Source: Octopus sinensis (lineage: Eukaryota). From it: a DNA stretch of 64,000 nucleotides. The position numbers and the translations under genes are program-made. Under the pieces are notes generated by a model that did no database searches, was not told the DNA's origin, and saw only the letters and a program-made list of their open reading frames with translations. Positions within the stretch are counted from its first letter, which is position 1; each line of letters opens with the position of its first letter. Below, piece after piece: positions 14,205 through 25,814 of this stretch. The DNA is taken from positions 5,828,001-5,892,000 of the forward strand of contig NC_043003.1 of the NCBI RefSeq assembly GCF_006345805.1, in the 5' to 3' direction.

Positions 14205-14400
14205 GCATGGCTGCAAAAAATCGGAACAAGTGTGAAGGTAGAACACCTACAAAAATCAGCATAGCTTGGAACTGCAAGAATTCTTCGCAGGTTTCTCGAA
14301 GCATGACCAGTAAACAAGTGTCACATTAGTCTGTTGGCAGTGGATAGCTGACACTTTCCCTCATGCCCAGCAAAATGAGCTGAGAGTCTTCATTAAATAT
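14205..14400 (+). mobile_element. R4/Dong-like non-LTR element, 3' end
   Basis: Translates KIGTSVKVEHLQKSA*LGTARILRRFLEA*, typical of the C-terminus of RLE-type elements. Confidence 0.65.
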
Positions 14401-14449
14401 CATTATCATCAACATTATCATTATTTTATTATTATTATTTCTTTCTATC

Positions 14450-15030
14450 ACAGATCATGTTGGAGTTCCTGGAGTCTTGCCTGCATAGCGGACTTGTTAC
14501 CTCCAGCTTATGGTACCATGCTACTCGTTCGTTTCAGCTGTCTAATACTTTCCTGATTATTCTGGCCGTGCCAAGGAGGCAAACACTTTGTAACAGTTCT
14601 ACTGGGAACTTTATTCCAATTTCTTTTATATTCCTCTTGATGCCTTCTGATTCTGTTCACAATGACCCAACAATAACTGGCACTATCTTTACCTTCTTCA
14701 TTTTCTATAGCCGGGCTATTTCGTACTTAAGACAGTTGTAATTATCAATATTTTCGTTTTCCTTCTTTGCTATTCGTGGGTCAAAGGGGCATGCAACATC
14801 AACTACATAGCATATGTGGTGCACTTTGTCCACCACCACTAGGTCCTGTCTGTTATGCTCTAGCACCTGATCTGTTTAGATTGGGAAATCCCAGACGATT
14901 TTGCTAGTCTCCGACTCCGCCAATCTCTGAGGTTTGTACTCATACCATGCCTTGTTTCACTCTAGCCCCACCACGTTTCCACTGTAGAACTTTTGCTACC
15001 TGATCATGTCCCCACAACTTGTAGTGGTTT
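14450..15030 (-). mobile_element. R4/Dong-like remnant with a restriction-like endonuclease domain
   Basis: KAWYEYKP..IVWDFPI*TDQVLEHNRQDLVVVDK..DVACPFD..VPVIVGSL..CLLGTARIIRKVL, with stop codons. Confidence 0.8.
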
Positions 15031-15111
15031 GGGGCAAGTCTAGGGCATTCGTTATTATTATTATTGTTGTTTTTGTTATGGTTGTTGTTATTATTATTAT
15101 TATTATTATTA

Positions 15112-15148
<37 letters not shown>

Positions 15149-15149
<1 letters not shown>

Positions 15150-15360
15150 GGCGAGCTGGCGGAATCGTTAGCACACCGGGTAACATGTTTAGAGGTATTC
15201 CGCACATCACTACGCCCTGAGTTTAACTTCCTCCGAGGTCGACTTTGCTTTTCATACCTTCGAAGTCGATGAAATAAGATGAGTACTGGGGTTGATGTAA
15301 TCGGCTATCCCCCTCCGCCAAATTTCAGGTCCTGTGCCTGTAGTAGAAAGGATTATTATT
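15149..15360 (+). mobile_element. SINE family A, downstream of a (TTA)n run
   Basis: GGCGAGCTGGCGGAATCG...GTCGACTTTGCTTTTCAT. Confidence 0.85.
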
Positions 15361-15399
15361 AATTTTTTTTTGCTTTTAATCTGCATGTTTGTTACAGTC

Positions 15400-15854
15400 A
15401 CTTAACTAGACACACCCAGTGTCCTGGGGCGAGTGACGGATAAAGGATGTTACAGTATGGCTGAAAGTTTGGGGAGGGGGTAGTGAAATATCTTCACGTA
15501 ATACATCACAGACATTTAAAGGTTTTTTCTGAGGATGTGGGCAGTACAGTACAATTTTTGGATTACTCTGACACATGGTTCTCCTGGGATATTATCTAGA
15601 TGCTTCTGACATCACTTCTTTTTATCATACCTAGGGCAGAAACTGTTCTCGTTTTCAGATGCTACATCTTTTGTATTTCAATTTCCAGGTTCTTATACTT
15701 AGTTTGTCAAATTCCTTGACAGATATATTTTTATCAGGGGGAACACTCACATCTATTAGTCTACCAGTATTTTCTTCCCTGTCTTTAAAATTTATGCTGG
15801 TCGATTAGCATGGATTAGCATGGTTCTGTCGGTGTTGAAGGGAAAATCCCAGAG
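15400..15854 (-). mobile_element. R4/Dong-like RLE-domain remnant, cut off by the assembly gap
   Basis: LWDFPFNTDRT..HANRP..CQKHLDNIPGEPC..CTAHILRK, with frameshifts. Confidence 0.7.
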
Positions 15855-15954
15855 NNNNNNNNNNNNNNNNNNNNNNNNNNNNNNNNNNNNNNNNNNNNNN
15901 NNNNNNNNNNNNNNNNNNNNNNNNNNNNNNNNNNNNNNNNNNNNNNNNNNNNNN
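15855..15954. other. Assembly gap (100 N)
   Basis: Direct reading. Confidence 1.
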
Positions 15955-16004
15955 AACTAGAACATTGAATATGATGCTTTTGACAATAACAGTAAATAAC
16001 AAAA

Positions 16005-16308
16005 ACTGGTGTTCCTTCGGTTACGATCCAATTGATCTGATCAACGGAACAGATTGCTCGTGAAATTAAACGTACCAGTGGCTGAGCACTCCACAGACAT
16101 GCGTGCCGTTAACGTAGTTCTCAGGGAGATTCTGCGTGATACGGAACGTGACAAGGCTGGCCCTTTGAAATACAGTTACTACACTTGTTTGCCAGCTGAG
16201 TTGACAGGATCAACGCGAAATAAAGTTTCTTGCTCAAGGACGCAACACACTACCAGATATCGAACCCACAACATTACGTGCTGAATAGCCTAACCCCTGA
16301 GCCACGTG
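16005..16308 (-). mobile_element. Chimeric SINE: family C head with family D tail
   Basis: 16180-16308 resembles the head at 12565-12885; 16005-16175 resembles 11120-11290. Confidence 0.75.
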
Positions 16309-16825
16309 TGTCTGTGTGTGTTTACACTGAAATGTATAACGTTTGGTTGTGAGTTGTTTTCCAATGGAGGATGGCTTGGTATCGTTACATGCATGTACTT
16401 ATCTTTCGACAATCTTTTGACAATCTTTTGTAAGATGCCGAAGTAATTATGAGCAGATATAGATATTTCTCAAGATCCTCCATCCCTTGACCGAGCAGTT
16501 CTGTGAGAGCTGAAAATAGAGGGGTCATCGCAATAACGCGATGAAAGGGTTTTATTGTTCAACGGCAACAGGGCAAAATATAAATTTGTTCTTGGCGCTG
16601 ATTGCTTTTGTGGCTATTTTTTTAAAATTTCTCTTTATCATAATGAATATATGAAGACGACATAATAGAGGCATACCGTAGTAAGTCCTGAAGAACTTTC
16701 CTACTGCGAGTTTCGTAGACTCAATATAAATATTGTACAACTCTTCGATACGAAAATTGTTTTATATTTTAATTGGTTTATTTTATTATCATACTTTTTT
16801 TAACACTGACAGATATGTATTTTAT

Positions 16826-18420
16826 TTAGCAACCACCCAGTGGGTAGATGACATTTCATGTTTTGTGGGTTGGTGCTTTGAAACCCGGTGGGCGGATAGC
16901 AATATTTGTTTTGTGATTTGATGCTTTGATGAAAAGATGTCTGGTTGTTTCAACACGTAAATCTGCAACATAGAGCTCGTCGTGAGCGAAATATGGTCTT
17001 GTCAGTTGAATCCTGGAACCCTCAGGTAGCGGCCATGGACTTATTAATGCTCATAGAAGAAAAGAGCCTCTTTGGAAACAGCAGAAGATGCTCGAAATGA
17101 AATAGTATTTGTGATGGAATGAAGGCCATGCATGCAATGAAAACGTCTTCTTTGACACAACCTGTCATAATTATAGCTTCCATCACCTGGAATGTAACAA
17201 TCTTGACAATTAGTCGTGCCATGTCCTAGAGTTCTGGTGCATCCTGTTATCATGCCAACGTATGTAGTACCCCCTGATTTCAGCCGTAGATTGTGAGGAA
17301 GCACACCAATGGGTTTGAGGGATTTTAACTACTCTGTTGGATTATAGGTAGCCTGATTAACATCATCTCGTGTCAACCGACTTGTACCCTGTGGATTGAG
17401 CTGTTAGCCAAATGATGACAGCATTAATATTCTGCTTAATGTCACTATTGGGGAGCCCCGATGGCATATTAACAAATCACTTGTATAATTTTATGAGTGT
17501 CCTGAATAAACTTTCAATGACGCTTCTTTGAATGTGTTGCCGTTGTTTCCGTTTTTTTTTTTTTTTGGTGTTGGAACATCTCCACCCTCAGTGCTAATTG
17601 GTCGCAATAAGAGAGAATTACCTTCTCCCCCGCCGATTGAACTAAATCAATTACAAATTGGGCGACTGAGATACTTTCCATTAGATGTAAATCTTCATTT
17701 TGGTTGAAGGATACAGTTTCCCTTTCGTCTCCAAGGATCGAACACATGGAGCCGTGCGCTCAACTCATCAGCAGGTTTACTCTTTTGTATGACTGACAGA
17801 ATTTGTCTGAAATCACAAGAGAATGTGACGTCAAAGATATTGTTAACGTTATCTCTGAAATGTTGTAATTATACGACCGAAACTTCCAAATGCAAGTCCA
17901 CGTGACATTATTCATTTCTCTCATACTTTCAGCTTGACCTGTTCCAGAACTGTTGTCAATATTGTACTCGTAGCTGTCATTGTGTGCAAACAGGTTTCAT
18001 AGCTCAAAAGTAAAATGAGAGCCAGCGATTTCAGATGAGGTCCCTTCTAATCTGCTTGAGTGAACGAACATTTTGCCAAATGAAATTGATAAAAACTAAT
18101 GGACGTTCTTTTTTTTTTTTCATCTGAGACATCAAGAAAACCTATCTTTCGTGTGTCAGATGTCTCCATTTTTTTAAAACTATTATTTGGTTCCAGTTAT
18201 AGCGACGTTATACAATAATCTTAGCTTTATCTGAAGCCAACAATATTAATAATAATTCAAGGAAAACTATTGCAGCTGTTGAATGACTTATGTTGCTGGA
18301 TGGTCGATAAAAGAACCTCTTCATTACCAATTGCAGCTGTAATTCATAGTGAAGCTGGCATTCCACACTGTTCAAGACACTTACCAGCCATATTTATGGT
18401 TTCAAATACCACAAAATGTA
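16826..18420 (-). pseudogene. Fossil Helitron RepHel gene, PIF1-type helicase half
   Basis: Ordered motifs across frameshifts: DFRQILSVIQKSKPADEL; YKSVDT; LPHNLRLK; EDVFI..FPKRLFSSMSINKS; PYFAHDELYVA; YCYP; then a possible degenerate hairpin plus CTAA 3' end near 16826. Confidence 0.8.
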
Positions 18421-18726
18421 AGAACATAAATCGCTAATGCATTGTCAGGGTCTTTTTTGGCACATGAACAACAATTTCGAGGAGGTTAGTTAGTTAGTTA
18501 GTTAGTTAGTTAATTTTTGGCTCAAAAGCAAATAGCAAGGCCATGTAGGGGGACATGGAGTTACGTACAGCGTGGTGTTCATGTAAAGAGTTCAGGCCAC
18601 TTGAGGTCAAGGGAGACTTTGAACAAAGCAGTCGTCGGCATCTTCACCATCTCGTCTGGCAGCTCGTTCCACGGATCCGCAACCCGGACGGAGAAAGCTC
18701 CTCTCCTTCGATTGAGAGGTGTTCAA

Positions 18727-18868
18727 CATGTACTTATTTTATCGACCCTGGAAAGATGAAGGGCAAAGTCGATCTCAGCGGAATTTGAACTTAAAACTGA
18801 AAGACGTACGAAATGCAGTTAAGTATTTTTGCCCTGTGCGGTAACGATTCTGCCAGCTCTCCGCCTTA
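18727..18868 (-). mobile_element. SINE family A, 5' part
   Basis: Minus strand GGCGGAGAGCTGGCAGAATCG...GATCGACTTTGCCCTTCATC. Confidence 0.8.
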
Positions 18869-18970
18869 CAGGAGTTTCCATTAATATCGAACCATATTTA
18901 CTTCTCTTCCAGTATTTATATCCCCACCAACAATTAATTATATTCACCAAAAAATATATACACTGTAAAT

Positions 18971-19110
18971 GGTGGCGAGCTGGTCAATAGGGCGCCGGGC
19001 AAAATGCTTCGCGGCTTTTCTTCAGATTTTATGTTCTGAGTTTTCCAAGATCATTCTTTCGGGGTCTACAAAAGGAGTACCATTTGAGCATTGGGTTCGA
19101 TGTAATTGAT
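18971..19110 (+). mobile_element. SINE family A, degenerate
   Basis: GGTGGCGAGCTGG...GGCAAAATGCTTCGCGG...TTCTGAG. Confidence 0.6.
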
Positions 19111-19419
19111 ATACTCCATTCTCTAGATCTTGCTAGCCTTGACCTAAAAGTCGAAATCATTATTACATCGGGGTTAAGGCAGAATGGAACCTCTCCTCGA
19201 AAAATACATAAAAAAAAAATTGGGGGGGGATTCCTACATTTTAGATGTCGAAGATTACGAATAGGCAATTTTTTCTTTTACTTTCATCCCACAATTTAAA
19301 ATTTTGAACTTTATTCGAACATTTTATTTTCTCATGTCTTAGATGATGGAGATTCCGAATATGCGAGAAACCACGTTTTCAAAATTTAAAATTCAATATG
19401 CATATAGATATGTGTATGA

Positions 19420-19429
19420 AGAGATAAAT

Positions 19430-19522
<93 letters not shown>
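19420..19522. repeat. (GATA)n microsatellite
   Basis: Direct reading. Confidence 0.95.
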
Positions 19523-19942
19523 TGAATGTTTTCTTAGGGCTAAAACCAATAGTAACACCGTCTTCTATCGGACCGCCACATTTAGTTGACAAATGTATTT
19601 TCTGAATAATCGGACAGGGATAAATAGAAAGACGGATAAATAAATAAATGGATGAAAAAGTTCAAAATTTAAAATTGGGGAGGGGGTGAAATTTGATCCC
19701 CTTATTAAACTTTATGTCATTAATTATTAAACATTAATGTTTGTTTCTCATGAAATGGTGAATATTTAATTTACATTCAATTATTATTTACGATTATTTA
19801 AGGCAAACGCGAGTAAAACGCAAATTCTTTTCACATTAATGTTTTTGTCTGGATTTAATTTCGATTTGCATAACGTTCAGCAATTTGCTACGATCTCTTT
19901 AAAGTAAACGAAATCAAACTTTTTAATTGGAGAGGTGGGGGG

Positions 19943-20016
<74 letters not shown>

Positions 20017-20413
20017 TAAACTTTTTTTGCATATTCATAATCTCCGACATATAAAACGTAGGAATCCGGAAAATGTTTTTCAAAACAATGCATTTTTCAA
20101 AGAGAGGTGCGATTCTGCATTAGCCCCATCAAATCATATTTATTGGAAGAGCTCATCAAGTTTCCATAACGCTCCCGACAAACATTTATATTTAACACTA
20201 TATATACAAACTGTAGACATATTCGACCGCTGTTGTTACATTCCCCTGATGAAAACAAATCACAACCTCGAATACTTAGTAAACGGTTTCAAATATAACC
20301 GAGTATGAAATATAAAACATTGTTTCAGTGTTTCGGATTAGTATGTGTTTATAATTTTCAAATGCTCAGGAATGGATCGGACCGTTAACTAATAAAATTT
20401 GAAGTATATTTGA

Positions 20414-20812
20414 AGGCGCAGGAGTGGCTGTGTGGTAAGTAACTTGCTAACCAACCACATGGTTCTGGGTTCAGTCCTACTGCGTGGTACCGTGTGCAAG
20501 TGTCTTCTGCTATAGCCCCGGGCCGACCAATGCCTTGTGAGTGGATTTGGTAGACGGAAACTTAAAGAAGCCTGTCGTATATATGTATATATATGTGAGT
20601 GTGTTTGTGTGTCTGTGTTTGTTCCCCTAGCATTGCTTGACAACCGATGCTGGTGTGTTTACGTCCCCGTCACTTAGCGGTTCGGCAAAAGAGACCGATA
20701 GAGTAAGTACTGGGCTTATAAAGAATAAGTCCTGGGATCGATTTGCTCGACTAAAGGCGGTGCTCCAGCATGGCCGCAGTCAAGTGACTGAAACAAGTAA
20801 AAAAAAAAAAAA
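20414..20812 (+). mobile_element. SINE family B, full length
   Basis: GGCGCAGGAGTGGCTGTGTGGTAAG (A box), GGGTTCAGTCC (B box), tail GCTCCAGCATGGCCGCAGTCAAGTGACTGAAACAAG followed by an A-run. Confidence 0.92.
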
Positions 20813-21227
20813 TTCAAAAATTATAAAGTAATGAACGATCCTGTATTTTAAAATTATTTCCAAAACTTTAAACATGAATGAAAGATTATTATATTTCTTC
20901 TCCGCCCAGATTCACTAAGCTAAAACATTTCGATAGAACATGGATGGTTGTGCACCGGTTAAAACAAGAATCGTAAGGATAGGAAAAAAAAGGTTAAACG
21001 TTCGCTATATCCAGAAACCACCATAACCTGGTAGACTTGACCAGTGCCACACCAGGGGCAGCCGTGTAAAATAAGGGAAGCATTTCTGTTGTATCAGGAA
21101 ATGCCCACTAGCTTCTCCACTTTGGAATAATTCAAAATTTTAACAACATTCCAAAATATATACAATGCATTATACACACCTACATGTACACTCACACACA
21201 CAAACATAGAGACCCGTGCCATCCACA

Positions 21228-21622
21228 CTCTTTACTCTTTTACTTGTTTCAGTCATTTGACTGCGGCCATGCTGGAGCACCGCCTTTAGTCGAGGAAATC
21301 GACCCCGAGACTTATTCTTTGTAAGCCCAGTACTTATTCTATTGGTCTCATTTGCCGAACCGCTAACACACCAGCATCGGTTGTCAAGCGATGTTGGGGG
21401 GGACAAACACAAACACACAAACACATACACGCACATACATATACATATATATATACATATATACGACAGGCTTCTTTCAGTTTCCGTCTACCAAATCCAC
21501 TCACAAGGCATTGGTCGGCCCGGGGCTATAGCAGAAGACACTTGCCCAAGATGCCACGCAGTGGGACTGAATCCGGAACCATGTGGTTGGTTAGCAAGCT
21601 ACTTATCACACAGCCACTCCTG
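21228..21622 (-). mobile_element. SINE family B
   Basis: Reverse-complement match to 20414-20812. Confidence 0.9.
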
Positions 21623-21639
21623 CAAAAATCCTGCTCAAT

Positions 21640-21880
21640 TCAGAAGGGAACTGCTTCACCTCAACTGGAACCTGCTCTTAATACCATCGTCACAAGATGC
21701 ATTAGGTGAGGAAAAGATTTCATGGCATTGAAACGGTTTCTGGAGGAATGCCTCCAGCAAATAGCAGATGCGACACCTACTGCCGGATATATCTCTGGGA
21801 ACAATAACTTTTAAATTGAATGGACTATGCTACAAAGTATGACTGCAAAATGGTACATCATTAAATAGCATCAGCATTTC
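21640..21880 (+). mobile_element. CR1/L2-like LINE 3' fragment
   Basis: FMALKRFLEECLQQIADATPTAGYISGNNN..IEW resembles the C-terminus of CR1/L2 ORF2. Confidence 0.45.
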
Positions 21881-22074
21881 CGTTTGTTGCTATTAAGTTA
21901 CAAATGGCTTCGGCCAATTCTGGCGGAAATTTATCTCGGTGTCTAAGTGTATATATGACCAGATAAATGAAGTGAGAGAATAGATGTTTATTCCATTAGT
22001 TAACAGCTATTTCGCAATTTGTGTTAGTTGCGTAAGCAACGCTACATCATCCGTCTCCCATACAAAACTGAATT

Positions 22075-22115
<41 letters not shown>

Positions 22116-23302
22116 TTGTCATCTATATAAATGTGGATATGCTGATTGGCTTTTATATGTTCTGCTGACGCTTGGTCAGAAATATAAGGGGTAAGTTTTC
22201 TTAACATCTTCAGATCAAATATTTATCGAAATATTATGTTGATAACGGAAATGAATCTTATAATTCTAATCCAGAAACGCGTCCATAATTAATCGAAAAC
22301 TGTTTGATTTCATTATTTTTCTTCGTTTTGCCATATGTGAGTTACAAATATTGTTGTCTGTGGAGACATATTTTTGTAGAAAAAAGAAATAGTAGTCTTT
22401 TGGCTGCTATTTCTAAAATTTTCGGCATGTGGTTAAGTAACTTGTTGCTAAACCCTTATTGTTACAATTATATATATATGCATGCATGTATGTATGTATA
22501 TATATATGTATATATATACCCATAAATATTGTACAGTACCATAACGAATAGGATAAGGTTCAGAATAGTTCATGGCAAGTTAAAGCATCAGACGCTGGTG
22601 CTAATAGCAAATAGTTTCATTAAATTGTCAGAGACAACAGATGTATTCGGAAGATTTCGCTCTTTCTATATTATAAAATTGCCTTATATGGAGTTTAATA
22701 AAAAAAAAAGCGACAAAGGTATATTAATAAGAATTCAAAAAAAGAACACCATTAAATAAAGTAAATACAATAAAATCCTGAACTAGAGATAAAAGACAAA
22801 AAAATAAGTTCATCGGAATGAAAATATTTGCTACATGTTCCTCTTGTTATCAACGGAAGCAGTAGAAGTTCGAAATAACAATGCAATGCCACCACCTCTG
22901 AGTGGACATTTGTTTTCTGTAGCTGACATGTTTCGGTAGTTTTTAACATTGTATGTCTATCAGAGATATTTCCGCGATACGAATACCGCAACTTAGAAAG
23001 CTTTAAGTACAATAACAGAATATGTGTGTATGTGCATGTGTGTATGAGTGTTTGTGTGTGTCTGTGTGTGCGTGTGTGTTTGTGTGTGTCTTTGTGTGTG
23101 TGTGTGTGTGTAGTATCTTCTAGATTATCGGATGCTGTTATATACCGCTGGTCACAATGCGCTTCACCTTCTGTTATATATATATATCTATATATATATA
23201 TATACAGAGAGAGAGAGAGAGAGACATACATATATGCATATATATATCTAGGTATACATGCATATTCACATATATATGTATATATATATATACACACACG
23301 CG

Positions 23303-23339
<37 letters not shown>

Positions 23340-23371
23340 GTGTGTGTGTATACGTATATATATATATATAT

Positions 23372-23995
23372 TATCTTTTTTGTCTTCCACTGGTGTTTCA
23401 GCCAATGGCTGAGTTCATGCTGGAGCACAACCTATAGTTACTCGGTGTTGTTTCTGGTATTGTTTTTAGTGAAATACCGATTTGGACAGAGCTACTCTTC
23501 TCTCTGTCTCCTGCCGCGATGTCGGTCCATCTGGTATCTATGATAGAAACCAGTCCATACGTTCCTTGAAAACTTCCACATCAACACCATGTAGATCGCT
23601 AATGTTGCCTTACAGGATGTTGAACAATTGCGGGCCCTCGAAACCCAGACTATTACAGTACTTTGTCCTTATTTTAGATAGTGAAGACGGGATCTTTGGT
23701 ACGATTCAATGCCGTCCAGTTCGGGGATTGGTATAGCTGTCAACTCCAAAGGGTAACTAAATCCTCTAAGATCTTCCAGCATATATCACCGCATATCTCC
23801 CCTGTCTTCACGCCAAGGAATAGAGACTCAGCCCCTTTAGCCTCTCCTTGTAGACTATCTTTTGCATCGAGTCAATTTTCTTCGTGTACTGACACTGGAT
23901 TGCTTCGAGTTCACAGTTTGTTTTACACTCTCTGGGCACCATAGTGGGGAGAAGTAGTCCAAGCGGCTGATAACGAAAGTCCCACATAGGAGTTG
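23372..23995 (-). mobile_element. CR1/L2-like LINE 3' end (post-RT region plus 3' UTR)
   Basis: TFVISRLDYFSPLWCP..LEAIQ..KERLKGLSLYSL..TNPRTGRH..SLGFEGPQLFNIL..FKERMDWFL..PDGPT, with stops and frameshifts. Confidence 0.85.
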
Positions 23996-23999
23996 AAAT

Positions 24000-24160
24000 T
24001 TATAGAAAAACAGAAGACGAAGACAGGTATATGAACAACAAGCAAGTATATTGATTGGACGCTCGGGAAAATGAAAATGTCTTTTACGTTTCGAGCCTAC
24101 GCTCTTCATTAGAAAAACAAATAAAAGGAAATAAACGGAGAGAGATTAAATAAAACTTGT
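24000..24160 (-). mobile_element. Penelope-like terminal-repeat fragment with a hammerhead-like motif (24081-24115)
   Basis: Minus strand TTTTCTAATGAAGAGCGTAGGCTCGAAACGTAAAAG; homologous to 31278, 41626 and 55135. Confidence 0.55.
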
Positions 24161-24579
24161 AGATTTAGCGGTTCAGCACGGCCAAATAAAGGGAGATAAT
24201 AAAGTACTGATGATACCAAATGAAGTTGCGCGTGCGTGTGTGTGTATGTGAGAATGGTGTGCGTAAAAAGGGACTAGTGACTCTGACGTGTGTGAGTGTT
24301 AAGGTGTGTAAGTATGTGCATCTGTCACGTGTGTGTGTACTCTGTGTAGCATTTGAGGTGCGCTTTTTCACATCGTGTGTGTACTGTGCCCAGGTATTAG
24401 GTGCCTGTGGGGGTTTGGGAGTGTGGTGTGTATACTGAGAGAAGCAGTGTGTGTCGTTGCTTCTATAGCGTTATATGATGTGACACTAATGAAGATTGTG
24501 TGTGGATGGTGGATGATGGTGTGTGGTGTAGGTGCTGGCAAGTAGTCAGTGCTAGTGTGTGTGGAGTGGTGTGGAATGG

Positions 24580-24614
<35 letters not shown>

Positions 24615-25142
24615 ATGTGTGTGTGCGTGTGTGTATAAATGAATATATGCATAGGTACATATATACGTATATAGGGCAAGTTTCACTTTGATCTTTTCCC
24701 AGCTGGTCATGCTTTCAACGCTAACCTTTATGCTCGACTAATTTTGCGAATATAAGTTGTTTTGAAAGTTCGCTTCCTGCCATTGGATAATCAAAGATGT
24801 ACACTCCTACAGTATAGAAGTGCCCCAGCACACACTGCTATTGTGACCAAGCGTAAAATGGAGGGAACTGAGGGGCTGGAAGCGCTGTCTCACTCTACGA
24901 AGAGTGCAGGCCGTATGTACTTGCTGTGTTTATAAAGATGAAAAAGTGAATTTAAAAATGAAGTTAGATCAAAATAAATGTAGGAGAGATAAATGAGCGG
25001 AGAAAAGGATGAGTAAAAATAAAACATTGGATAAGGATGTGTAGGTTATACAGAAGGAGTATTTTAGTATATATGAAAAGATTGTTTCAGAGGGAATAAT
25101 CTAGCTTAGTATTATGTGAGAAGGATATGAAATGGCAGCATT

Positions 25143-25292
25143 GTCGTAGACTTTGCCTTTCATCCTTTCGGGGTCGATTAAATAAGTACCAGTTATGCAC
25201 TGGGGTCGATATAATCGACTTAATCCGTGTGTCTGTCCTTGTTTGTCCCCTCTGTGTTTAGCCCTTTGTGGGTAGTAAAGAAATAGGTATTC
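25143..25292 (+). mobile_element. SINE family A, 5'-truncated
   Basis: GACTTTGCCTTTCATCCTTTCGGGGTCG...AAAGAAATAGGTAT. Confidence 0.85.
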
Positions 25293-25529
25293 GAGTTGTA
25301 GGGGTGCCGTACCAGTATAAATATTTAAAAAAACTACGAGTAGAAGCGTACACATAAGAGTATAAATATTAACACATAATATAGAAGAAATATAATCTAA
25401 TAAAGAGAAGAGTGTGTATATGTTCAGTCATGCGTGTGAAGAGGCATATTTACACATGTATATATAAATACAGGAATTCGTGTAGATATACGATTAAGGT
25501 ATTCATATAAAAACTTTACAAATATACCC

Positions 25530-25810
25530 AGGAGGTATATTATACCGGGACGGCACTCTATTCTTAGGAAAATGACTAATAGAAAACTAGAACTCTACAC
25601 AAAAAAAACAAGGACTGTCGATTAACTTCCTAGACGTCAACTTCAGTCTTAATACTTCTACCCACCAATCTTACCATAAACCTAACACTAATGTAACATA
25701 CATAAATGTACACAGCAACCCCCCCCCCTGCAACATCATATAGGACCTGACCAGTAACATAGAGAGAAGAATAAATCTACTATCATCTAACGAGGAAAAA
25801 AAATGAGGCA
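25530..25810 (+). mobile_element. Penelope-like RT C-terminal remnant
   Basis: GILYRDG (degenerate LYRDDG)..LDVNFSLNTSTHQSYHKPNTNVTYINVHSN.PP..I.RRINLLSSN. Confidence 0.7.
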
Positions 25811-25814
25811 CTTC

